The position numbers and the translations under genes are program-made. Of a stretch of 64,000 nt of DNA, positions 53,571-64,000 are shown in pieces (the first letter of the stretch is position 1; every line of letters begins with the position of its first letter). The notes beneath the pieces are model-generated. The model was not told where the DNA came from. It was given only the letters and a program-made list of their open reading frames with translations, and ran no database searches. The stretch comes from Heteronotia binoei (Eukaryota), in assembly GCF_032191835.1 (NCBI RefSeq), contig NC_083235.1, positions 47,616,001-47,680,000 of the forward strand, read 5' to 3'.

Positions 53571-55204
53571 AGTGTACAGATCTCACTGAGGAAGCTTAAC
53601 ATGAAACATTTAGGGGTTAAGACTATAGTGAAATAAATTTATCTCACTGTTGAGAAAATTCTGATCCCAATAACTCCATATCTATTTAGAAGGTAATTAC
53701 ATCAGTACCACCCTGGTGGGATAGGATGGGACAATTAATGAAACAAACAAATAAGCAACTCTTCAAACACGTGAATCACCTTGAGGAAAACAACAACAAA
53801 TTCTAATCCACAAACTCAAGATATTCCTTCTTTACTTACATCTTCCAGTAAAAGCCTCAGAACATTTTTTTTAGTCTTTAAGGTGCTACTGAACTCTTGT
53901 TTTTTTCTACTGCTACAGATGGACTAGCGTGGCTACCCATCTTGATCTACCTCAGAACATGATCATGGTTCAGGTGAACAGCATCACTTGCAGTCACAGT
54001 GGTGATACTCAAACTTGGGACATGAATGGTCTTGGGTAAGGCTTGTACAGCTGCAGCTGTAGGCTTAAAAGCTGTTCCCCACACAACAGGTCAAAGCAGC
54101 AAACCACCACTACAGCAGCAACTATTACCACAAAAGATAAGTTACCACAGAAAGTCAAACATAGATAATTTATGTAAGCACCAAGGCCCAGGTACAATCC
54201 TTAAGTAAAATTCTACCATACAAGAGAGAAACAGAGTCTGCCAATACAAAAATATGTGTGTTTGTTGCCCTGCGATTTTCAATATGCATATACTGCAGAT
54301 TTTTCCTGATCAGAGAGAAATACTACACCTACAATGCTATGAAAATACATCAGTCTTCATTTTACCTTTATCACAGATATGACTGAACTCAGCATTGCTA
54401 AATTCAAAACCAAAGTATTAGGCTTATTAATGTGCAAAAACCTAATATGGTATGTTTGTGGACAATGTATGAGCTAGTGATTTAAATTTCATTTTTTAAA
54501 AGGATTTGTTTCTTACTGTAGATTGGTTTCATTGAAGCCAATACTACAAAACTCCAGAAAACTTTAGAATTATATAGTCTTATGGACTTTCTGAAGCGAC
54601 TTGAATCAGCTGAAGTGACTTGGCTGTATCCTTCCATAATGAGGAAGGGGAATATTATGGGGAGAATATCGGTATCCTTTTATGTTCCTGCTTTATATAG
54701 ACCCACAACACTCAGCTAAAAAAAAAAAAACTGTTCGAAAATTCCTACTCCTTTTCTAAGAACATCCAACTCATCCCCTCAGACTGCAAGATTCCCTTGC
54801 ATATTGCTGTACTCAAGTCAACCCCCCTCCCTATGGTTTTTGCCTTTCTCCTTTCTAAACTAACAGAAACAGAGTCCAAACGGAAGGATAGGGGAGTTAA
54901 GTAGTAGAAAGGGAACTGGCAGGGCAAGGACATTTTCCCGAGCCCAGGAAGCCTCCCCCTACCATCTCAAATATGTGAGAATTTATTGTATTACTCATTG
55001 GGGAGAGAAAATGCAGTCTGGACATTCTCTAGAGCTTTTGTTGTTTTACATCTTTCAAGGCTGGTAAGGTGACATTCGCCGGGACGGAAAACATAGAATC
55101 ATAGAGTCATAAAATTGGTTTCTCTGATTGTATGATTTTAGTGTAGAAAGTCAGTTTGGGGATAGAGTTAAACCAGGATTAAAGCTCTAGTGCGAAATTG
55201 GTCA

Positions 55205-55301
55205 GTGGTATATAGCCCAGTCTCGTTAGATCTCGAAAGCTAAGCACGGTCAGTACTTGGAAGGGAAACCATCCAAGAAAGGCTCTGCAGAGGAAGGCAA
55301 T
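55205..55301 (+). mobile_element. Truncated 5S rRNA-derived SINE
   Basis: cccagtctcgttagatctcgaaagctaagcacggtc-agtacttggaagggaaacc resembles 5S box A/IE/C with a deletion, followed by non-5S gcagaggaaggcaat. Confidence 0.65.
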
Positions 55302-55399
55302 ACTCCGTTGTTTTGAAAGCTCCCTGTTGGCTCCCCATAAGCAGGCTGCGACCTGACGGCACTTTACACACACAGCATACACCCATGACATTCAAAACC

Positions 55400-55830
55400 G
55401 GATTTTGTTGGGAATGAAGAACGTCTGGAAGATGCTGTCCTCCCGCCCAGTACCCTACTTTGCGCGCCGTAATCTACGTTGCCTTGGCACTATGGCGAGG
55501 AACGAGGGTAATTCCACCAACACCCACGGGCTCGTTACCACCGCAACCAGTCCCGGCTGAAAATAGCGTAACTCGGAACAATAAACCGGAACTAGGTTAC
55601 TGAGGGGAGGGAAAGAAGACAGGCTCTCTCACCGTGTGAGAGGAAATCCTGCCGTTTCCGCCTCTGGCTAGCCAATGAAAACGCACAAGGCCGTGGATCG
55701 GTTAAGGTTAAATCTCCCGGGGCTCCGTTTAAGGGGTTGTAAAATTAGGTGGCTGGAGTCGTCAGCGCCGGCTGCAGAAAGAAGTCGCCTCCACTCCCGT
55801 GACGATATGGGCAGTCCAGAAGAAAGAGGT
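55400..55830 (+). promoter_or_regulatory. CpG-rich CEP95 promoter region
   Basis: Local CpG enrichment directly 5' of the CEP95 ATG; CCAAT at 55672-55676. Confidence 0.6.
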
Positions 55831-58800
55831 GGGTGGGGGTATCTCGTGGTGGGTGAGATTTGGGTCGTCCCCCTCCTTTTTGAGTTTAGCTAGCCAAGGG
55901 TCTCCGGTTTTTGTTTATGTTCCATTTTGCCGCTTCCGCAATTCCTAGTGCCCATGTGGGGGATGAATCTCTGTCGTAATATATGTCATAAAACCTTCCG
56001 TTTCCTTAACAGTTTTAGTGCAGTGTTGAATTTTTCCATTTCTCTCCCACCGAAAAGTATGTTTCCGATTCAGTGGCCAGCTCTATTATACATAAAAGCC
56101 CATTGTTGTTCGTTTACTTTCTTGTGTCGCATACTAATTGTTCTGCTTTGCATTTTAGTGAAGTCTCAGATCTTTCTTTTCTTGAATTCTTAATCTCCAA
56201 AGTAAACAGGACTTTAAAGCCCGAAAACAGTTGGACTGCCCAGCTTGGGCTCTTTTGCAGACTTAGCTGATGTTCCTCTTTAAATGAAATGCATTAGAGT
56301 AGATCCCATTCCTCCTGTAATTTCTGCAGCTAGAGAACATTGGTGTGTAATGCCATGGCAATATCAGTTTGATCCATTTTCACATGCTAAATTGACATGG
56401 GCCAATCCAGATCTGAAAATTGGGAAAAATATTTTTTATGGAAGGGTTGGACAGATAGGGGGATTTTTATATTGGACCAATTGGTAGACTATGATGAGTT
56501 TTTGTTATTTTCTCAGCTGAGGTCTAGATATTATTGTAAATTTCTGTTGAATGGTAATATTTACAGTTACAACATCTGCTGGTATCTAAATATGGCCCTG
56601 CAGCACTGTCTTAGAGTCAATCCCTTTTGCTCCAATTGAGTCAATGCAGAAAATGAAACCTTCAATATTTGTCTTTTTTCTTTTCTTTTTTTGCAATTTC
56701 CACCGTTTGGCTAATTAAAAACTGAAAATGACGCCTCTTGAACACAGTGTCAGAATGAAGGTCATTTACAATCTGTATTTCAGTATTGTCACCCAGCAGC
56801 TACATGTGGAGGAGCGGGGAATTAAACCCAGTTCTCTGAGTAGAATCTGTACACTTAAGCACTGCACCAAATAAGGAGGTGGATTGCCCAATTTTGCCAA
56901 AGCAATGGAATATGGTAGGAGTGTCAAACATGTGGCCTGGGGGCAAAACCCCCAGAAGTTATTAATACTGAATCATGTCCCTCTGATTAATATGATATTA
57001 AATATAATTTCAGTGGCACTGTTTCCCAGTTAGGCACCAGTATGGCAATGCTTCAGAGCAACACAGGCACTAGTGAGGAAAGGGACGGACCCAGGAACAT
57101 GGGAAGATTTGGTTGGCTCCCTAACTTGCCCCAGCTTAGAATATCCCTCCAAACTAGTGGGAAATTATGCTGTCAAAAATCACGGTGTAAAACAAAGGAA
57201 CCCATAAAACAGTAAAGACTGAGCACCTCCCGCCCCCCTTCCCCCGAGCTCAGGTCCACCCAAAAGCCCTGGTGGAGCACAAAGTGCCAACCACAGCTGC
57301 TACCCTACCCTCAAGATTTTTATGTTGGCCCCTAAATGCTATTATTTCCAAGAATAACAGGGACCACATCGGTGCATCAAGGGATGCTGGCTTAATTTTG
57401 AGGAAATAAGCCTGCCAATTTATTTGACTGCTGCAATACAGAGAAATAACTGTAATCCTTGAGAAGTGGCAATGTTGGACTCTTAGTTCATTTGTCTAGG
57501 AAACAAAACAGATTTCTGTTGCTATATCTATAGATTTAAAAGCCCTTGAAGGGGGGTACTGCATTCTTTTATGTGCAAAAAGATTCTATACTTCTCTGGG
57601 AAGTCTCAACACTTCAACTTTTTATTTTGACAGAATGGGTCAACGTGGCAAACAATCTTCTGGCAAAATGTAACATAGACCTGCATGTTACTGATCTCCT
57701 TGACTGCAGAGCTAAAGTGTTTATTTCTCTTTATGAGTCAGTGCTGGGAGAGAAAGTTCCAGGTAAGACTGCTTGCATGCTGCAATGCCTTAGTTGTCTA
57801 GGGAATTTTAAAAAATATGTATATGTACTTGTACAATATATTGCAGAGACTGTGTCTTGTAGCACATTAATAGGCTAACAGTTATTGTGACATAATTTTA
57901 GTGGTCTGTAGTCTGTGAAAAAAGCAGCCCCAAGGTGCAAAGTGGTAAAGCTGCAGTACTGCAGTCGAAGCTCTCTGCTTGCAACCTGAGGTCGATCCCG
58001 ACGGAAGCTGGGTTCAGGTAGCTGGCTCAAGGTTCACTCAGCCTTCAATTCTTCCAAGGTCGGTAAAATGAGTACCCAGCTTGCTGGAGGGAAAGTGTAG
58101 GTGACTGGGGAAGGCAATGGCAAACCACCCTGTAAAAAGTCTGCCGTGAAAATGTCATGATGCGACGTCACCCCAGAGTTGGAAATGAATGGTGCTTGCA
58201 CAGGGGACTACCTTTTTTGTCTATGAAGGCTTGTTCTATTATATACCTGTTTATTTTGATGGTCTAATAAGACTCCTTTTTGTATAGCAACTGTATAGGA
58301 CTGCAGTTGGGCATAAATGAGCAGCATAACTCTAAGTCCAAAGACTTTTTATAACATCCTAAGGGTTTTTTTGCATTTTAAAAGCCCAGTTCTTTGAGAA
58401 GAGCTAAATACAAAGGATATTCTCAGAACTTAAAAATAAGTTTTAAACTCTGAGGTAATATGTGACTATGGATATTTAGAATTAACAGAGACACTATGGA
58501 TATTTAGAATTAACAAAGACACTCTCAAGAACAGTAATTCTTAACTGAGACCTATTACATTTTTAAGGTGTTTATGTTTCACTTTTCCATCTAGGGATTC
58601 AGAGCAGCATACAAACAAATGCAAAAAGACTGCTTAACATACACTGTAATGTTCCTGTAACTGGAGGAACAGAAGCCCAGGGCACATCTTCATCTGGTCC
58701 CCAAGGGGCAAATCTACAAATCTTGCGGCCATTCAGAACTTTTGGAAGGAAATTGAAAGCATTTAAGTTTTTAGACAGCCTTTCTCCTCACTAGCAGTGG

Positions 58801-61800
58801 TGTCTAATAGCCAGCAGAGGAAGGATGTTTTATACTGTTCAGCCTGTCTAGAAGACAAAATCTCAGATTCTGTATTTCTCCCTTAGGCTGTTAACAAAGA
58901 GGGCCATAGCAAAAAGGAATCAAAGCTACTAGTAGGAAGGAGTTGACTGATAACCAATGAGACTGTGGGCCTACGATGTAGGCATCCTATACATTTATCA
59001 TAAATACACATGTATAAATAAAACCGGCTTGTTTGGAGTCATGTTTTTATATCCTAAAAATTATTATTTGGTTCTTGGAGTCATTCAGTTATATACTTGA
59101 TGGGCAATAGTGGATTAAATATTAAGAATGGCTGATCTCAGGTGACTATCAACTTAGCACTGGACCCTCTTAGTTAATGGGCAGAGCAATCCTGAGTTAC
59201 ATCTACCTTTGGGTGCCCAGCCACCACAGAACTCAGGTGCCGCTAGCCAACTGCCTAAAGGCTAAGTTACGCTGAGGTGGAGGAGGGGAGAAAGCATAGC
59301 TGCTGTAGTGTGGCCTCCTGGTGTACTGTCAAGGCAGGGGTAGCAGGAGGGGCGGGGCACTTTGGATCAATGGGATTGGCCAGTCCTGGTGAAGGTGCCA
59401 TTGCACATGACAGTTGGGGGCAGAGAGATGCAGCTCTGGAGAGCCCAATCACCTCTCTCACCGCGCCCCCTGACCGAGATCCAGGTCAATGACAGGCACA
59501 TGGTCAAAGTAATCTGCTTTCCCTGTATGACAGCATGTTCCATGGGTAAGCTCCTGGTGAATACTTTGAGTCCGCCCCCTACCTTGGCTCCCCCAACACT
59601 GACTCAGAGAATCCTTGTGAATCAATGCCACCCCCTTCTATGTGCTCAGAGGTCCTGCCCCCTGGGTGCAAGGGGAACCCTGTCCTGGAGCAGACACAGA
59701 GTGAGGAGCCTCAGCCATGCATTCATTCCATTAGTGACTCCCCCATGCCCGTTGCATCTTTCCCCTCTCCTCCGTCCCATGCGCATGGCAACCCTGGGAG
59801 GTCGGTCAGGCTAAGGGAATGCATCTGTCCTAAAGCCAGCTCCCTAGATCCCATGGTACATGTGGGGAACAGACTTACCACACCTCTAAGCCTCTGTTGA
59901 ATCTCCACCTGCAAGACAGTGAAACAGATCTATGATAACTGTTCAGGAGTTCCATTGCCAGCCTCAGTCACAGATGTTCTGTCCTGACAGGGTTGGCAAA
60001 GGCAGCCCCAGGGTGAGGTTGCCACAAATCCCCCCACCCCCCGGGAGGCACATGATAGAACCAGCCAACTCACACTCACCTGTCCTGGGTTGAAGTGCTC
60101 CTGGATTCATCAGCTGATGCAGCTGCAGCCCAAGGCTGTGTTTTAGCAAGGGAATTATTTGCTGAGCTGGATCACCACAGAAACAGAGCAGCTGCCAGAC
60201 CTGTTCCCCCCAGACTCATCCTGTGCCCTGCCAAGGTTGGGAACCAGGCAAGGGACTTACCATCTCACAGAAAACTTCTTGGGGAGGTTTTCCCATGGCA
60301 TGTAGAGGCTGTGGCAATGAGGGGCCATGGTTTGTGCTGCCCGTCGCCTATATATATGTGTGTGTGTATATATATATATATACACACACACAAACCACAC
60401 ACTGTGGCTCTGCTCCATATCAAGCAAGTTTAGGGTGCTTTCCCATGCTTGCCTGTCCCTGCATGAGTGCCAATGTACATTGAGCCACCATATTTGTTGG
60501 GATTCTGAAATGGGAGAAGTTAGCCACAGAATATAGACCTTTCTCTCCTCCTTGCATGTCAAAATGCTTGCCCTGTAGTACTAAGTGCCCTCTCTGCATC
60601 ATCCACCACTCAAGTGCCTCGCCCCTTGCTCTAAGTCTGCATGGCAGGGAACTCCCTCCTCGCAGATTACACTGTTAGTCAGTGTTATTGGGTTTAGTCT
60701 TGTGACTATTTCATTGTGAATGCTGAATTTAAACACTGTCCTGTTGCCAGCAAACAGTAGGTAGTGGCATAATGAGCATAAGGAGGGAGTGTTCCTGCCA
60801 AAACCTTTAATGCCTATTTGCTCTAACCTACAAAGTTTTATGATTACTGTGGACATCTAAAACAAATAATGTAATAATGACGACTACAACTGCGGACAAC
60901 TAGGGGATTACTCAACTTTAAGGCTGATGATGAAGAAATAGATATTGTTCAAGTGCCTGTGTTGTGAGCCGCCCTGAGCCTGCTTCGGCGGGGAGGGTGG
61001 GATACAAATTAAATATTATTATTATTTTCTACTCCTTGGCTCCATCTTTAACCATTAGGGGGACTGCAACTAAGAAATCGGAAGGATGCCATTTTGCATG
61101 AGAATCAACATACCTGTTAACTTACCCAACAGATGGGGTGACACAGCACAAACCTCCCTTACATTTAAAAGTGAGCACTGTCTATACTTGCAGATCAATT
61201 TTCATGTTTTGGTGAAATTTACATCAACTTAATAAACCCCTGTGGTATTATTTAGTTCTTCTGTTATCACTGAAAAAGGAGGTAAAGGAAGAGTGTGGGA
61301 TAATAGAAAGAGTTTGGACTTATTTATAACTTGCCCTATGAACTCGGTTACAGCATGTTTATCAAAAACAATAGATGGATCACTTTTTCTAAGGGATCCA
61401 TAATGTATGGAAATAATATAATGTTCTTCAGGAAACAAGGGAGAACTAAAATAATCCTATAAATTATAATTTTTGTAAAGACTTTATAGAATTTCAGAGT
61501 CAAGTAGGTCTTCATGGATTTCCAATATTGCTGTTATCACAAATGCCAAAGCTGCATAAGAGTAATCACTGGGATTCATCAAGCAATCAATAGGAGTCTT
61601 GTGGCACCTTAAAGACTAACAGTTGTTTATTCCAACATAAACTTTTGTGGATTAGCACCCACTTCCCCAGATGTGAAGATGTATTCTAGAATAAAATTGT
61701 GTTGGTCTTTAAGAGATGGTTACAACTCTTGCTTGTTTTTGCTGTAACAGACTTGACACAACTACTCCTCTGGAATGTTTAGGTGGGTAGTATTTCATTG

Positions 61801-63354
61801 CATACTTTAGTCTAATTGTAAGAACTGTCTTTTCAAAGATAGATGGTTTTGACAGGAAATCCTGAAAAATGGGTTGGATCCAGGCTCCACTTGCATAAAA
61901 ATGTGTATGGAGGAGGCGTTTCAGCTAGTTGCTGCAGCTGCTTACATATGTGGCATGTTTTGGGGTGTCTCCTGATCTTTGGTTTGCTGAGAGAAGGAAG
62001 TAACATGAAGCAAAAAACAATAGTACAACTTTCAGAAACTCACTCAATTTATGGAAACTTAGATCAAACCCAATGTCTTCTGTTTGCAGGACAGCTGGTG
62101 CAATAGATTTATTGTTAGATTTGTAGCCTGCTTTTTCACAAAGCAGTTAATTTAAAATCCAATAAAAAGTTCAATTTTGACTTAAAAAAACCTCCGCCCA
62201 AGAACCTAAATTATTCATCAATCAAAGTCAGTTGGCTTCATCAAATATCTCAGGGGTGGCCAACGGTAGCTCTCCAGATGTTTTTTGTCTACAACTCCCA
62301 TCAGCCCCAGCCATTGGCCATGCTGTCTGGAGCTAATGGGAGTTGTAGGCAAAAACATCTGGAGAGCTACCGTTGGCCACCCCTGAAATATCTGATGAAA
62401 AAATAATTTTATTGCTCTTCCAAAATGGCTAATAGAACTGATCTTGGGAGAGAAATCATAGGTGAGAGCATCCACTGGAAAGGTCTTGTGTTTGATCCAA
62501 GAGTGCCTTTCTATCCACAGAAGAATCTTCTGTTTATGCATTGTGTCTCTTGTTAGTGTAAGAGAAATCAGAAGGAATCTTTCCACAAATGAAAGATTTA
62601 TCTTGGGAGTGTAAAAGGCACATTTAACATCTAACCCCTTTTTTGTAGAATAGGTCAGTCTTTCACTAGTCGTAGTATCCAAAGGAGGCCCTCAAGCCTC
62701 AAATCACAAGGAGGAGTCTTGCATTAAAAAAAAAGGTAAAGGTAAGTCCCCTGTGAAAGCATCAGTCATTTTCGACCCTGGAGTGACGTTGCATCATGAC
62801 GTTTTCATGGCAGACTTTTTACAGGGTGGTTTGCCATTGCCTTCCACAGTCATCTACACTTTCTCTCCAGCAAGCTGGGTACTCATTTTACCGACCTTGG
62901 AAGGATGGAAGGCTGAGTGAACCTTGAGCCGGCTACCTAAACCCAGCTTCTGCCAGGATTGAACTCAGGTAGTAAGCAGAGAGCTTCAACTGCACTACTG
63001 CAGCTTTACCACTCTGTGCCATGGAGTCTTGCATAGCTTGATACTAAATTGAGTTTACATTTGTATATGTTGTCTGAAGTAATAGTTCAGTGTTCTCATG
63101 TATCAATCCACTGCTGTTTATGCCTATCCAAGCTGCTTTATGTGCAAAGACATTTGTGGACTTGTTCTGAACTTGATATTTTCTTGGGCTTAGGCTATGT
63201 ACTGTCCTGTGTAAAGCTAGTATGATGGAATTATATTATTTTATAGATTTAATAGCTGAACCTAGATGCCAAGAAGATGATGCTCACAATGTGCAGGCAG
63301 TCATAGATTCTTTGGCACTGGACTACTTGCAGATCAGCCTGTCACATATAACTG
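55807..63354 (+). CDS. CEP95: Centrosomal protein of 95 kDa, first three coding exons (continues beyond the window)
   Basis: 55807-55828 (MGSPEER), 57634-57762 ([15 protein letters not shown]...[11 protein letters not shown]), 63247-63354 ([36 protein letters not shown]). All phase 1, GT-AG; divergent from DDX5 as in mammals. Confidence 0.92.
57924..58218 (+). mobile_element. Sauria SINE, near full length
   Basis: tRNA-like head, ggctcaaggttcactcagccttc...gtcggtaaaatgagtacccag, Bov-B-like ggaaggcaatggcaaaccacc and an acct(t)n tail. Confidence 0.85.
58465..58520 (+). repeat. 28-bp tandem duplication
   Basis: actatggatatttagaattaacaRagac twice. Confidence 0.8.
60960..61027 (+). mobile_element. 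LINE2 3' tail
   Basis: gttgtgagccgccctgagcctgcttcggcggggagggtgggata...(TTA)n. Confidence 0.75.
62251..62385. mobile_element. 135-bp near-palindromic hAT MITE in CEP95 intron 2
   Basis: CAGGGGTGGCCAACGGTAGCTCTCCAGATGTTTT...AAAACATCTGGAGAGCTACCGTTGGCCACCCCTG with perfect 8-bp TSD AAATATCT. Confidence 0.9.
62730..63030 (-). mobile_element. Sauria SINE, near full length
   Basis: Reverse complement of the 57924-58218 family, with an (AAAGGT)n tail. Confidence 0.85.
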
Positions 63355-64000
63355 GTGGGTACCCGGAATTTAACATTCAATACCTTGTTGGTTAATGGAC
63401 AAAATATTCTTGAGGCGCAGCTTTGCACCTCTTGCTGCTTAGAGTAAATGGAACTTTGTGTGAATTTGTATGGCTGAAGCCAGCAAGATTTCGTTTCGTT
63501 ATGTATTGATATAATTTTGAATCTTCTGCATACAGAAAGCTTATGCGACAGTTTTTAAGCCTTTGTTCTTATTCTTGGGAGCAAGACCTGTTGAACATCA
63601 GAAAAAGCAGGTGAAGGTTCAGGCAGCAAAATGTTTATCCCCAAGTGGCCCCACTACAATCCATAAAGAATTTTTGCTGGAGTTATTTTGGAACTTTGAA
63701 CTACTCTATGGGATTTAAAACCTCAGCTTTGAAAGCTAAGCTGCCAGTTTCAAAGAAAGCCAATTATGTAAAATAATGTTGGAAATACTGACCTGGCAAC
63801 TCAACTGCACATGTAATGTAGTGGTATTTTGGGATGCCACTTTTACCTTAGTAAACAATCAAAGCTTTTTGATGACCACTAACAGAGAGTGCAGTGATTT
63901 GTTCTCAAGCAATGAGACAAGATGAATGGTAGACAAACATGAATTCGTCATCAGTTGCAATGATAGTATCTCTCATTCTTTTGACTGCATTTCAGTTTTA

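Noticed and set aside
55205-55301. 5S rRNA-like sequence (also 39270-39460)
   Set aside because: Internal deletions and a non-5S 3' body indicate 5S-derived SINEs, not rRNA genes.
62218-62682. 154-aa minus-strand ORF
   Set aside because: Runs through the palindromic MITE in CEP95 intron 2; no homology recognised.

Overview
Vertebrate genomic DNA, almost certainly a squamate reptile (Sauria and 5S-Sauria SINEs; gecko is an inference). It carries the syntenic block MILR1(+) > < POLG2(-) < DDX5(-) | CEP95(+). I assembled exon chains by hand from GT-AG boundaries, checking phase at every junction: a complete 8-exon MILR1/allergin-1-like ITIM receptor (904-18475), complete POLG2 (8 exons), complete DDX5 (13 exons, 600 aa) and the first three coding exons of CEP95. 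The standout feature is a full-length, apparently young 6.2-kb DIRS1-type tyrosine-recombinase retrotransposon (7494-13689, minus) in MILR1 intron 5. It has near-identical inverted terminal repeats, an internal complementary region (ICR) and open gag, RT-RNaseH-MT and YR frames. Its empty target site can be rebuilt exactly: a shared GAAGAT hexamer inside a hAT MITE. A 102-bp LINE2 tail has inserted in frame into its pol ORF. gag ends in a CTT-TGA-C motif that could shift +1 into the AUG-less pol frame. Its ICR also provides an ATG plus consensus donor in frame with the host's ITIM exons. Also present: a second decayed DIRS relic, an L1 with TSD, a fragmented Penelope element between DDX5 and CEP95, several hAT MITEs with perfect 8-bp TSDs, and the conserved DDX5 intron 11 (miR-3064 mirtron, miR-5047 block, candidate poison exon). 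All alignments are manual; family names and human comparisons are from memory and need database confirmation.
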